Assembly: GCA_964414795.1 (NCBI GenBank) | Contig: CAYPWV010000004.1 | Location: 1,591 to 65,590, forward strand | DNA length: 64,000 bases | DNA from: an uncultured Gammaproteobacteria bacterium | GTDB lineage: Bacteria > Patescibacteriota > Patescibacteriia > UBA9934 | Reading direction: 5' to 3' | Shown here: piece after piece, positions 27,336-38,300 of the stretch | How positions within the stretch are numbered: the stretch's first letter is position 1 | How the letters are laid out: every line of letters begins with the position of its first letter | Made by a program: the position numbers and the translations under genes | The notes under the pieces: generated by a model | Seen by the model: the letters and a program-made list of their open reading frames with translations, nothing else | Told to the model about the DNA's origin: nothing | Database searches by the model: none

Positions 27336-29135
27336 CTAGTCGGTAACGGTGAACGTAAGTCCACAGCCGTCGGACGTGGGATCATCGGAAGCGGAGACGG
27401 TTTGCGAAACGCCGTGCCACGTTGCGGTAGCCGTTCCCTGCAACGTTCCCGCAGGATACGGGGCCAGACACGACCAGCTTGTGGTGGAGCCAACCACGAA
27501 CTCGACCGAGAACCGCAAGCTGTCGCCTTCGGCCATGCTGCGCGTATAGGTTACGCGCGTGGCGCTGGTGACGGAGGCGAGAAAGGGCACCCAGCCGGCG
27601 GGAGATCCGCCGTTTGGCGTGTACTCACCCGAAAGCGTGATGCGACTCGCCTCCACTCCACTCGGGGTTTCCCAGGTGAGCGTGAGCTCATCGCTCGTTG
27701 CTTCTTCGGCCGTGTCACTCGCCTCGATCTCTTCTTCCTCTTCGGTCGCAGTGTCATCGGTTTCTTCGATTGCGGTATCTTCCCCTTCTTCCGCAGCAGA
27801 GTCGCCCTCGTCTTCTTCTTCCTCGGACAAATCGCCCGCGGCGCTGAAGGAACCTTCATCCTCTTCCGGCCCGCCGCAGGTGGTGAGATCAGCTTCGGTG
27901 AGGCAATACGTATCCGTGCTGCAGCTCCCCTTTACGCTCACCACGCTTGCGAACTCGCTCGGATCAACTTCGAGAACCGAACGGCTCCAAAAGCCGGCGA
28001 GCAAATACGTGCCCCAGGTCTCGATGGGCATAGCGATGCCGTTGCTCATGAGATAGACGTCGCTCGCGTCCGACGGCGACACCAGGGTGCCATCGCGGTA
28101 CGTGAGCGCCGAGGTATCTTTGATGGGATAGCGGTCGATGATGTTGTCGAGGTCTGAATTCTGCGGAAGATCGCTGTAGCTTGCTGCATAAATCCCCCAT
28201 GACTGCAGCACGCCTTCCCATCCGGTCGTGCTCACCTTCTGGCGCTGATCGCTTGCGCTCTCGTTGCCAAACAGCATCCACACGCCGGTTCCGCCCTCGT
28301 CGTCGTACACGGCGGCCACCTCGGAGTCGTCGGTGATGTCGTCGCCCACGGTCAGGCACGCAAGCTCAGCGTCCGAGATAAGCGCAATATCGGCGAAACT
28401 ATAGTTCCGCGACACGAAGCTGCTTTCGGTGATGAACGTGCGTGCTGATCCCCCTTCCATGAGATACACCGCGCTGTCGCTGGGCGTTTTCACGAGGCTG
28501 CCGTCGGGATGCCAGAGCGCAACCGGCAGCGCCGAGGTGTAGGAGTGGCCGGCGGTGAGATCGCAGTTGAGGTCATCGACCGCGATGCTCTCCACGCTGG
28601 TGCCGAGCGTGCCATCGGCCGCTGAGAACTCCAGTCCCTCGATCGAGGTTCCGTAGATCCCGTCTTCCGCCGCATCGCCGTCGTGCCTGCCGATGTGCAC
28701 GTGATCACCGGTTGAGGCGCCCGTGGTTCCTTCGAACCCGATGAGCTGACCGGCCGCCACTTCGCTCTCGCTGTCGATGAAGATAGACGAGAGGTGCGCC
28801 ATGATGATGTAGGTGCCGTCACCCATGTCGATGTTCACGTGGTAGCCGAAGTTGGTGTCGGCGTCCGTATCGTGCACATACGCCACGCCGTCCACCGGTG
28901 CATAGAGCGGATCATCGGCGTCGTTGGGCGTATCGAAGTCGGCGTCGTAGCGGGTAGAAGTTCCGCTGTGAGAGTAGCTCCCGCCCGGCCCTTGGCTGCA
29001 GCGATAGCTGTCGCCCGAGGCAAACGGCAAGTTGATGGTGATGGCGTCGTAGCCACCGCCGCTGTTGCCGTTTGTGGCGTTCTGAGAGCAGCCGTTGAGC
29101 AGCATGACGAACAGCATAGAGATGAAAACGAACAT
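27336..29135 (-). CDS. GC-rich M23 metallopeptidase lipoprotein with repeat domains and acidic linker
   Basis: Lipobox LNGC, SH...YDAD, YAPVDG, MAHLS, G.TGASTGDHVH. Two DG.LV...VYLM repeats. ATG 29135. Confidence 0.88.
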   Translation of the reverse strand: MFVFISMLFVMLLNGCSQNATNGNSGGGYDAITINLPFASGDSYRCSQGPGGSYSHSGTSTRYDADFDTPNDADDPLYAPVDGVAYVHDTDADTNFGYHVNIDMGDGTYIIMAHLSSIFIDSESEVAAGQLIGFEGTTGASTGDHVHIGRHDGDAAEDGIYGTSIEGLEFSAADGTLGTSVESIAVDDLNCDLTAGHSYTSALPVALWHPDGSLVKTPSDSAVYLMEGGSARTFITESSFVSRNYSFADIALISDAELACLTVGDDITDDSEVAAVYDDEGGTGVWMLFGNESASDQRQKVSTTGWEGVLQSWGIYAASYSDLPQNSDLDNIIDRYPIKDTSALTYRDGTLVSPSDASDVYLMSNGIAMPIETWGTYLLAGFWSRSVLEVDPSEFASVVSVKGSCSTDTYCLTEADLTTCGGPEEDEGSFSAAGDLSEEEEDEGDSAAEEGEDTAIEETDDTATEEEEEIEASDTAEEATSDELTLTWETPSGVEASRITLSGEYTPNGGSPAGWVPFLASVTSATRVTYTRSMAEGDSLRFSVEFVVGSTTSWSCLAPYPAGTLQGTATATWHGVSQTVSASDDPTSDGCGLTFTVTD

Positions 29136-29225
29136 GGTGTGAAGTCCCCTGGAGAGTAAGTGATGATTCACTTGTATTCCCCCTTGAAAGGGAGTCCTTT
29201 GGAAATTCAGGGGGAAATGCAAGTG

Positions 29226-29674
29226 AAAGTTTGAAGTATGAAGTTGGTAGTTTGAAGTGAAAGGATGTTATTTTTTAATAGTTTTTATAAAAGCGTTGAG
29301 CATATTCATCTCTTCATCTAACAATTGTTTTGCTTTTCCCATATCCCGTACATCAATCATTTTTATGCGTAATGCACACAGACATTGCGTCTGTAATTCC
29401 GCAAGAGAGCCTCTTGCCGTAGCGAGAAATGAAAGAAAATCTTTCTTTGTAGAACGATAACTGCCTTCCGCAATGTTGCTCGCTACGCTAATAGCAGATC
29501 TTCTCATCTGAGAAACTAATCCGAATCTTTCACTGTCAGGAAATATATTTGTAACTCTGTATATTTCCTCCACAATCTCCATGGCTTTTTGCCAAATAAG
29601 TAACTTGGTATGACTAAACATAGAAAACCTTCCATTCACTTCAAACTTATCACTTCCCCACTTCACACTCTCAC
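29226..29674. mobile_element. Heptamer-armed element (copy B) carrying a four-helix-bundle gene
   Basis: AGTTTGAAGTGA (29249-60) and TCACTTCAAACT (29636-47) with 7-nt-period outer arms enclose the CDS. Mobility is inferred. Confidence 0.65.
29268..29621 (-). CDS. Four-helix-bundle protein (23S rRNA IVS-protein/Avd-like family)
   Basis: LIWQKAM, FPDSERFGLVSQMRRSAISVASNIAEG, ARGSLAELQTQ. Confidence 0.92.
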   Translation of the reverse strand: MFSHTKLLIWQKAMEIVEEIYRVTNIFPDSERFGLVSQMRRSAISVASNIAEGSYRSTKKDFLSFLATARGSLAELQTQCLCALRIKMIDVRDMGKAKQLLDEEMNMLNAFIKTIKK

Positions 29675-30102
29675 ATATTGCCCGGGGCAAGGACTCCCCT
29701 CCTTACCCCTTTAGGACTTAGATATCAACGACTGCTGGCCCAGCTGACGTTTTGTGTACGCAGTGATTGTCCACGAACACAGTGCGATCAGGTGCGCGAG
29801 CACGGGGTGATACAGACGTAACCGAACGTTCCTTGGAAAGATTCGTCTGTGCGAATTCCTCGGTCGTTCTGTATCTATCTCACCACAAAAAAAGAGGTGT
29901 TCAGGACGTGTGCACTAAAAAAAGCATCTTTTTCCAACATTTCCCAAAGAAAATAAAACATCTTGATACACTGTCAGAAAACACTGCACACTTTCTTCTC
30001 CAACGCGCGATAAAAAGCTCCTCGCTGTTCTGCACCTTCTTACACAAAAGAAAAAGTTGTCAGCCGTGCACAAACTGTGGATAAGTGGTGAAAAATAGCC
30101 TC

Positions 30103-30133
30103 GTCATTCCGGACTTGATCCGGAATCCATCGC
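30103..30133. repeat. Half copy of GTCATnCCGG palindromic repeat
   Basis: GTCATTCCGGACTTGATCCGGAATCCATCG. Confidence 0.75.
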
Positions 30134-30196
30134 ATTTCAAAAAATATCGAACTAAAAAAGCTCGAAACATCGTTCGAGCTTTTTTTCGTATCGTTT

Positions 30197-30499
30197 CTAT
30201 TCGAGCGTTACGTGTGCATGATTTGCCAACTGAAAGATGTACGATTCTAGACGTTGGTATTTCGCGCGAAGAGAAACAAATTCGAGATCGAGTGTTTTAT
30301 GTAAAACGACAAACCCATCTATGTGGGTAATAAGATCACTCTTCAGTGTCTCTACTTCTTGCTTGGTAGCAAAACGTTCGAGATCTTTCTTGGTTGCAAA
30401 ATCTCGCAATTCCTCTTTTAGTTCCTTTTTGGTCACCATGTTATCGCGCATGAAGTGCACGATGTCGAGAATGTCCTGAAGCATGTGTTCTTGGCTCAT
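30197..30499 (-). CDS. Small coiled-coil protein with (F/V)ATKxxL repeats
   Basis: MVTKKEL..FATKKDLERFATKQEV. Confidence 0.75.
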   Translation of the reverse strand: MSQEHMLQDILDIVHFMRDNMVTKKELKEELRDFATKKDLERFATKQEVETLKSDLITHIDGFVVLHKTLDLEFVSLRAKYQRLESYIFQLANHAHVTLE

Positions 30500-30726
30500 A
30501 AAAAAACGTTATTGTTTATAAATACTGAAGCCAAGATCTTGAAAATATAAAAAGCTTCGAGGGATGTTCTTACTATAGAAAAGAGCACGACGTGCGTCAA
30601 CTTTCTTTTCTTCACTACATAACATTGACAAGCAAAAATTTTCTTGCAAAGCTCCATATGATGCTTATTTTGGCATTAACGACTCCCCACAAGGGAGCCG
30701 TGTATTTTTTTTAACAATATCTATGT

Positions 30727-31125
30727 ATGCATATAAAATCTTTTGACAATTGGAATCTTCATAAAAAGAATCTTGATGTGCGAGAAAATCTCTTTCTTTT
30801 TCATGAGGGTGAAATTTGGTGGAGCGCGGTAGGTGTCAATATCGGTGATGAGTCTTGTGGAAAAGGTGAAACATTTCGAAGGCCAGTACTTATTTTGAAA
30901 AAGTTGTCACAAAAAAGCTTTATTGGCATTCCTCTTTCAACAAAGAGAAAAGCGGGATCTTGGTTTACAGAAATACGTATCCATAACGAAATACAAACTG
31001 TACTTCTCTATCAAATTCGCATGTTCAGCACACGAAGATTTCAACGAAGACTTACAACATTAGATTATGCTGATTTTCTTCACATAAAAAATAAGCTTGA
31101 GAACTTGCTCAAGCTTACTTCTTGA
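30727..31125 (+). CDS. PemK/MazF-like toxin without adjacent protein antitoxin
   Basis: FDNWN, GEIWWSAVGVNIGDE.CGK...RPVLILKK, IPLST, QIR...RR. Confidence 0.8.
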   Translation: MHIKSFDNWNLHKKNLDVRENLFLFHEGEIWWSAVGVNIGDESCGKGETFRRPVLILKKLSQKSFIGIPLSTKRKAGSWFTEIRIHNEIQTVLLYQIRMFSTRRFQRRLTTLDYADFLHIKNKLENLLKLTS

Positions 31126-31375
31126 AATAATCACCAGAGCCAAGGCTCTGGATCGGTGGGAAAACCCAAAAGTAGATAAAATATATAGAATGCCATTTTG
31201 CATGTCAAATTTCCCCACTTTTCCCCTCCTTCTTGTAAAAACCTCAAATTTTTGCTATATTTACTTTTGTCAGGTGCTTTTTTAAGCACGGTTTAAACAG
31301 TTTTTCTCAGCTAGAATGCTCGGCAAACCGGGGCAAAAATCGTGTTCTCTCACCACAGTTCCCGCGAGGTGCTCC

Positions 31376-32143
31376 ATGCGAAACGCACTCTTCCTCATAG
31401 TCCTCATGGGCTGCGGGGACTGCCACGGATGTGGCGGTAACTCCGGCGAAACCGGCGACTCGGGCGGCAACAAGGACACCAACCCGACGGTGACGGTCGG
31501 CACTGCCACCCTCACCTACACCGTTTCGGTGCTGGGTGAGGAGGCGGGAGACGCTGCAGTGAACGTGGAGTGCGAGGCCCAGGATTTCGTCTCGACTCGC
31601 TCCGGCGAGACGACCACGGTCGAGGCGCCGAGCTCCTGTCTGGTCACGGCGGGTGACGAGGAGTACACCGACGAGTTCGGGTACCCGATCTACGCTATCG
31701 AGGTCGACGAAGACACGGTTGAGTACTGGGCCGCTCCACCGGTCAGCCTCACCGTGGAGCCCGACCAGACGGTCACCGGCGATTTCTCAGCCTTCAAACT
31801 CTTCGTCCCGGGCAACTATTCGTGCGAGTACGACAAGTACGCGCTCGACGAGGGGGCCGATGAGATGAAGGGCGAGTGGATGCGGAATGAGTCCGTTGAC
31901 ACGCAATTCATCTCCGTAGACCAGAATGGAATCGTGGAGGCGGAAGACAACGCCAACATGAGCGTCATCGGTCGAGACGACGACCACATGAAGATTCAGG
32001 GTGCCAACCTGACCCTGGTCTCTGACAGCGAAAATCCTTCCTACATTTCTCAGTCGAATATCGACATCGAAACGTTCAGCTTGACGGTGGTCAACACCGA
32101 AAGCAAATACGTCGCGGATGTCCGGTGCGGCCTTGACGAGTAG
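31376..32143 (+). CDS. GC-rich acidic putative lipoprotein
   Basis: GAGGT SD before ATG 31376, MRNALFLIVLMGC, then a GETGDSGG linker. Confidence 0.8.
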   Translation: MRNALFLIVLMGCGDCHGCGGNSGETGDSGGNKDTNPTVTVGTATLTYTVSVLGEEAGDAAVNVECEAQDFVSTRSGETTTVEAPSSCLVTAGDEEYTDEFGYPIYAIEVDEDTVEYWAAPPVSLTVEPDQTVTGDFSAFKLFVPGNYSCEYDKYALDEGADEMKGEWMRNESVDTQFISVDQNGIVEAEDNANMSVIGRDDDHMKIQGANLTLVSDSENPSYISQSNIDIETFSLTVVNTESKYVADVRCGLDE

Positions 32144-32212
32144 GGGGATCGCGTGGCCCTCGGACCTGCAGCAGTGCAGTGTTCCGGGGGTCGTTCTTTT
32201 TTTAGCTTGACG

Positions 32213-32283
32213 GGAGATCCTTCGGTCGACGTAGCACTCCCTCGCCCTTCGCCGGAGGCTTCGGAGCGACAGGTCAGGATGAC
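32213..32283. repeat. GATCCTTCGG...CAGGATGAC palindromic repeat with nested hairpin
   Basis: Shares TCCTTCGGTCGAC..CTCCCTC..AGGATGACACAC with about 58991-59029 but has an extra internal hairpin. Confidence 0.65.
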
Positions 32284-32332
32284 ACACGAAAGCAAACGAA
32301 TCGCAAAAGCAGCTCGGATGAGCTGCTTTTGT

Positions 32333-35300
32333 TTATGGGGTAACAATAATTACTCCGCTATATTCGACCCAAGGATCAATATCTGAATTATCATCAGGAT
32401 AAATTGCGTACGAACACTCGCTATAAGTTTCATCAGATGCCGATTGTATATCATTACCAACCCCCGCAAAGCATCCTGATCGGCCGTCTTCATCGGCGAT
32501 GTTGCCGTCTTCGCACGTGCCCGTACACCAGCCCCAGTTATCGCGGATGTGGATGCGGGGTTTGAAGACGCAGGCGTCGGGGACGTCGTCGCCGGATTGA
32601 TCTACCCAGCAGGGGAAGGAATCGTAATCGTCATCGCCGTCGGCGGGGCTGTCGGAGCAGGCGGCAGAAGAATCGCGCAAGATTTCGGACGAACACGTGT
32701 AGATGTGATTGTACGTGAAGTAATACGGATCACAGCTTTCATCCGTGAGTCCCCACTCGGTTTCTAAGTCACATTTTGAATTTTGCGTGCCTTCTTGCAA
32801 GCCGCGGGCGTTTTTGAAGAAGTTATCATCGGCGTCGGATCCGGTGAAGGAACCGCCATCCACATCATCTCCCCAATCCACCATTACCCTACGAATAGGC
32901 AGCTGATTTTTATCTGCAGCTGCGTAGAATTTGATGGTAGCATTGAAGAACTGAACTCCGGATTGGTCACCCGTGTCTTGGCTGTTGAGCGTAATAGCCT
33001 CTTCTGTTCCCTCTTCACATAACACGCCGTCGTCAGAACAAGACCCTACATCAACCGACCACACTTGCGGAGCAGTTCCCTCTGCGGGACGAACATCGTA
33101 TGTCGTGTACGCATCTGCATCATCAGCACCGTAGCGATCGGCAGAAAGACCTGCGCTTCCCCATGCAGCATTCCAAGAATAAAGTGTGTCGTGGATGCCA
33201 ATATCTGCCGCAGCAAAGAGTTGGTTAACTCTACTAAAAACCGAAGCTGTTGCACCACTTGTAGGACTTACTGACCAAACCTCATCAACCGAGAAGCCCA
33301 CCTTATACAGCTTTAACGTAAAGTCGATGAATGAACGTGCGAGTGCCGTTGCAGGAGCCGTGAAGTTTTCGTATGCATCCGGCGCGTATTCGATGAAGTC
33401 ACCATCGCAAGAATTGAGATTGTCGGTACCATTAGGTGGTACCAAATTTCCATCACCATCCTCACATGCCGCAACTTGGAGCGGCGTTTCTGAGGCATCG
33501 CGGGTTCCTGGATTGGTGGTGATGAATCCAAACGGCGTAGGAACGGTATCGGCAGAGTATTCCATGTTGGGATAATCTGCGTCATTGATATTCGTGAATG
33601 TGGAGTTTGGATTAAGAATACGGTCCGTAAACGCGTATCCTGCGTAATTCGTTGCATCACTTACCTGGAGCACATTTTTACAAGACACATTCTCAAAGCT
33701 GGTATCTTCCTGGAAATGAAGATAGCGATAATTTCCATAAGAATCTCCTGCGTAATCTCCGGAATCGATATTGAAGACATTTGCCGCGAGTTCATCGGTG
33801 TATTCAACACCTTGCGCACGACAACTCTTGAGCGCTGTTGCCATATTGTCGAATTGCGCGAAACCATCGGCAGCAGCATCATCGCCATCACTTGGTTGAC
33901 GCCCTACCGCAAAGGAATTTTCAGGAAGAACACTCTCATAGTCGAAAGCTGAACTATATGCTTCAAGCATTGCCTCGGTGTATGCACCATCTGGGTCACA
34001 CGAACCTCCATCAGCATATGCACCCAGAGGAATGCAGACGTACGGGCAGTCATTTACTTCGAGTGAGGAATCACCTGTACATGCATCTGCCATATGGCCC
34101 AAACCATCCTCCCAAGCTGCTTGACCAAGCAACGTCCAGTATCCGTCAGGACATACGGCATTGTCTCCACACGCACTTATCGTTTCACTTGTATATGACT
34201 TACCGCGAGTAAGATCGCCGTCCCAATCGCTCTCCGCACATGCAATGTCGTTGTTATCATAAGAACCCGTATCCTCGGGAACGTTGCTCGTTCCCAAATC
34301 CACGTAAAAGTCGGAGTTTACACATGCGTAGGTGTCTTCAAAGTAGCCGGCTCCCGTGTATTTTGCTTGCAGATCGGTGTCTCCGGCCAATTCATCAACG
34401 GGCAACCATGAAATACATGCTTTCTTATTGCGATCGCCAAGAATGTTTGTTGACGTATCTTTCTCTAAACAGAAACCGTTGAGGCCGTACATCACATCTT
34501 CACGCGTGGTTTTTGCGCATGTTCCGCCTTCACCGCACTGTTCATTTTCTGTGCAGTAGCCACCTTCCCGATCACCGCTTTCACACAATCCCAACTGACC
34601 GTTTACATCAACACAGGTATCCGATGAACAGTTTGCATCTATAGTACAAATCGTTCCCGCATCAGCATAGGTTTCGAGATCTCCTCCGCAAACGGAGAAG
34701 TCTGCATCCCAGTCTTTGCCGTACACGCGAGAGTCTTGACCGTCACCAAACGTTACCTTGGTGTACGAACAATCGCAATCCTCACCATACGCACAGGTGG
34801 TGGTATTTTCAAAGCCAGAAAGCAGGCTGTACGGTAATGCATCGCCCTGCGGATCGCTTTCAACGGATCCTGGGTTTGCGGGCTCGTACCAACTTTCCAC
34901 CACTTCGTTGGGGAATGGACTATTGCTTTCGGGATATGCACGACAAATCTTTCCTTCGGTGGTGCCGTCGGTGTAGGTTTCACCGTTTGGTGTAAGCAAA
35001 CACTGACTATTTACGCACGAACCCAACTTCATTGCGGCATCGGCAACAAATGTTTCGCTTGAATCGCACGTGGTTGCATCCCCGGTCGCAGAATCATAAT
35101 CCTCAATTTCAACATCATCGCCCACATCTGCACATGCACCGCCGTAACACGTTTGTCCTTCGCTGCAATCTGCTGCGGTTTGACATGCGGTGCTGCTCAC
35201 GTCGTAACACGAACCCACAATACATGCGCCGTCTGAACACTGGTCGCTCGTTGCACATGCAGCGCCATTTTCTTCGCAGTATCCTACCGAGCACGACTCT

Positions 35301-38300
35301 CCTTCATCTTCTGAGCACGTACCCGCATTCAAGACAAGAGCGTAATCTTTTGCCTCAACGATTCCCGCAGCAACGGCGTCATCCGGCGACAAACACGTTC
35401 CTGCACCCGCAGGACCGCATCCTGCGTCCACATCATCACAGGTGCCTCGAAGATCTCCGTTGAAGTCACAATAGCCGATAGGACTTACATCAGCCTGAGT
35501 GAGCGCCTGAACTGGGAAAAGATTAGGGATCGCCATGCCCGAGTATTCATTGCCGTACCACGATGTATCGCGACTTGCATACCAATCCGTATCATAAATT
35601 ACTTCGGGTTTTTCAAAATCCCAATCGGAACAGAAAGAAGATCCTGTTGTTGCATCGTAATCTTTGCACAGTGCAATATCGCCACACGTGGTTACAAAGC
35701 TTGCGGTTGTGGCATCCCACTGCGTATTGGTACTTGAACATGAAAGCCATTCTGAGCAGGAACGATCGCGGTTTACTTTAAGCACGCTGTTCGTGTCGTT
35801 TTCCTGACGCGGCACGCTTGAGAATCCTGTTTCTGCAGAACCGCTTCTCCACTCACTGAATGCTCCTCCAAAAGAGGCTGTCGCAGAAAATGGGTCAACA
35901 CGCACCTGCGTTGCACAAGAAATTGCTTCAATATTTGCGCCGGATTCGCTTTGCACGAGCGGACAATCGGTAGCGTCGTAACACGAGCCACCGAACGTGT
36001 AGAGATCATCGCGATCGTAGTCGCGCGAACTAGTACGTTCGTCGGTAAGTTTTTCTTTGTATGTTGCTCCGTCGCTTAAATCGTACACTTCGCCGTAATC
36101 GTACACGCAGCGCGTTGCACATAAGTCGATCGTGTCTCCGCTTGCCGTGGTGATAGTAGTGTCTCCTGCGTTCTCGCAATCGATAGGGTCAACAAGACCA
36201 TACGCCTCTGTGCCAAAGAGGGTATCCGCATGACGACTTGCTACTTCGGTTGCCGATGCATTTGCCGAGAGCGACGTATCGCCGGTGTCGTAGAACATGG
36301 CGCAGCCGTTTTTGAGGGAAACTTGTCCATCACACTTTTGGCTATCTGAGAGACCGTACTCGCTTAGGCTGTCGTTATTGAGGTAGAAGTAGGATGTACC
36401 GTCGGTTGCGCCGTAGAGCTCGCCATCGTCTTGCGCAAGTTTATCTTGGAATTCGGTACATGTGTCGTACGTTGCTGAACACGTACCTGCCCAGCCCGTA
36501 AATCCATCATCGCCATTATTCCAAATACCCGATTCCGTTCCTCCAATAACGTACGAAGGATTTTCTGCGTTACACGTTTCATCTGATGCGCAGTCTGCGT
36601 TGCTTCCACAGGCATCTCCTTCGTTGCCAAGGGTATCTTCACATGTTCCGTAACAGAAATCATCGGTTTCGGTGCGGAACCAGCCGGTGTATGCCGTGCC
36701 GTCAACCGTCACATCGGTACGATATTCGCACGTTTGGTTGAGCGGATGTTTAAAGTAGAACGTTTCTGCTTCATTTGTAGTAAATGCATCACAGAAAAGC
36801 TCATCGTGCGCACAGAGAATATCGTCGTACGTATCCGGAAGATTCATGAGGTACACGCTGTCGGCTCCCTCGGTGCTGTTGCGATCTTGACTCCACTCCG
36901 GATCACCCAGTTCCATACATCCCGCAACGTCGTCATCACACGTTACCGCATCGTTTACCACAAGGAACATGTCTTGATCTGCCGGCACCACGGTTGTTTC
37001 TGGGCCGTAGGAAACCGCCGTATTATCCATGTCCCATGCAGGAGTAAAGCCGTCTTGCGTAAACAAGCATGACGACTCTCCTGCGGAAATCGTACATAAG
37101 TACGCTGAATCGGTATCAAATGAAGTATCACTAAAGGTAAAGTAATAACATGCGGTTGCCGACGTTGCGATGTCGGGCAAACCGTCGCCATCTATATCGA
37201 GGTTGTTACACGTTGCGTGGTAGGTTTTTGCAGACGTGCTTTCGCTTTCTTGCGTTTTAAAGAATGCCGCACACCCCACCTTATCTTCATCGCACAACGA
37301 ACTAAAGCTCTTCAAATACGCAGTATCCCCTTCTTGCGTGGTGTACTCCTGGCAACCAAGGTAATACTGCGGGCTTGTTTCTCCAGTGAGCGACTGATCG
37401 CATGACGCAGGTGTAACCCAAGAATCGCGAATGACATTGAGGCTTTCTTCTCCTTCGCGGAGCACCACATTGTCCACGTACGCCGAACCCGTAGGAATAA
37501 GCACGAGTGTTGTGCCGTCACCAAAATCGGGATACGTATCCGCATCCATAATGAGCGGGCCGAGATTAAGCACTTGCCAACCGTCATCAAGCTCAACCGC
37601 ATCATCAAAAGCAATGTCGATTTCTGGCGCAGCAGGATCGGCATTGAAGTCAAAACCAAGTTGCAGCGTTCCGGTTCCCTTTGCAACCACGCTTACCGTG
37701 TAGGTTTTTCCTGCAAAAAGTTCGTTATCAAGCGTTCCGCAGTACGTACTTTCTTCTGAGATGGTGCATTCGCCACCAAAGCTCCGCGATGTGCCATCGC
37801 AGCCCGACGCATCGGTACATGCAGATCCGTTATCGACAATGAATGACGTAACCGGACCGGTAAGCAGCATGGAATGACCGTCTGCCGCAAGCGATTCGTT
37901 ACTGTACGTTGCATCCGATGCCGACTCTGCATCCCAAGAATTCAACGTTCCGTCTTCAAAAAGATCTTCAAATACCAAGCGACTGTTGCGGCTTCTGCCT
38001 CCTGCATACGCACGACAGCCATTTGCAGCTTCTTCGCACGACGTGCTTTCTTCGCTGTATCCGTAGTAGCGGCACTCACCCGAATCTGAAACATAGTAAC
38101 CGCCTGAATCTTCACACGTTGCCTCCTGATCTGCGGCAGTATCACCTGCGATTGTGGTTTTGCGATATGCCTGACATGCATCATTTACCGTAACGGTTTG
38201 TTGCCAGTTTCGGTAATGAATATTGCCGTTTTCATCATAGAATTCGCGACAATCGGGGTTGGTGAAAATGTCTGCACGCGCGTTGCAATCCTCACTATCC

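Noticed and set aside
29268-29621. Diversity-generating retroelement
   Set aside because: An Avd-like fold alone is not enough. No reverse transcriptase or TR/VR pair differing at adenines was seen in the window.
30060-30090. Replication origin suggested by DnaA box TGTGGATAA (30076-84) and TTGTCCACA (26566-74)
   Set aside because: Only isolated boxes, with no cluster and no dnaA/dnaN nearby.
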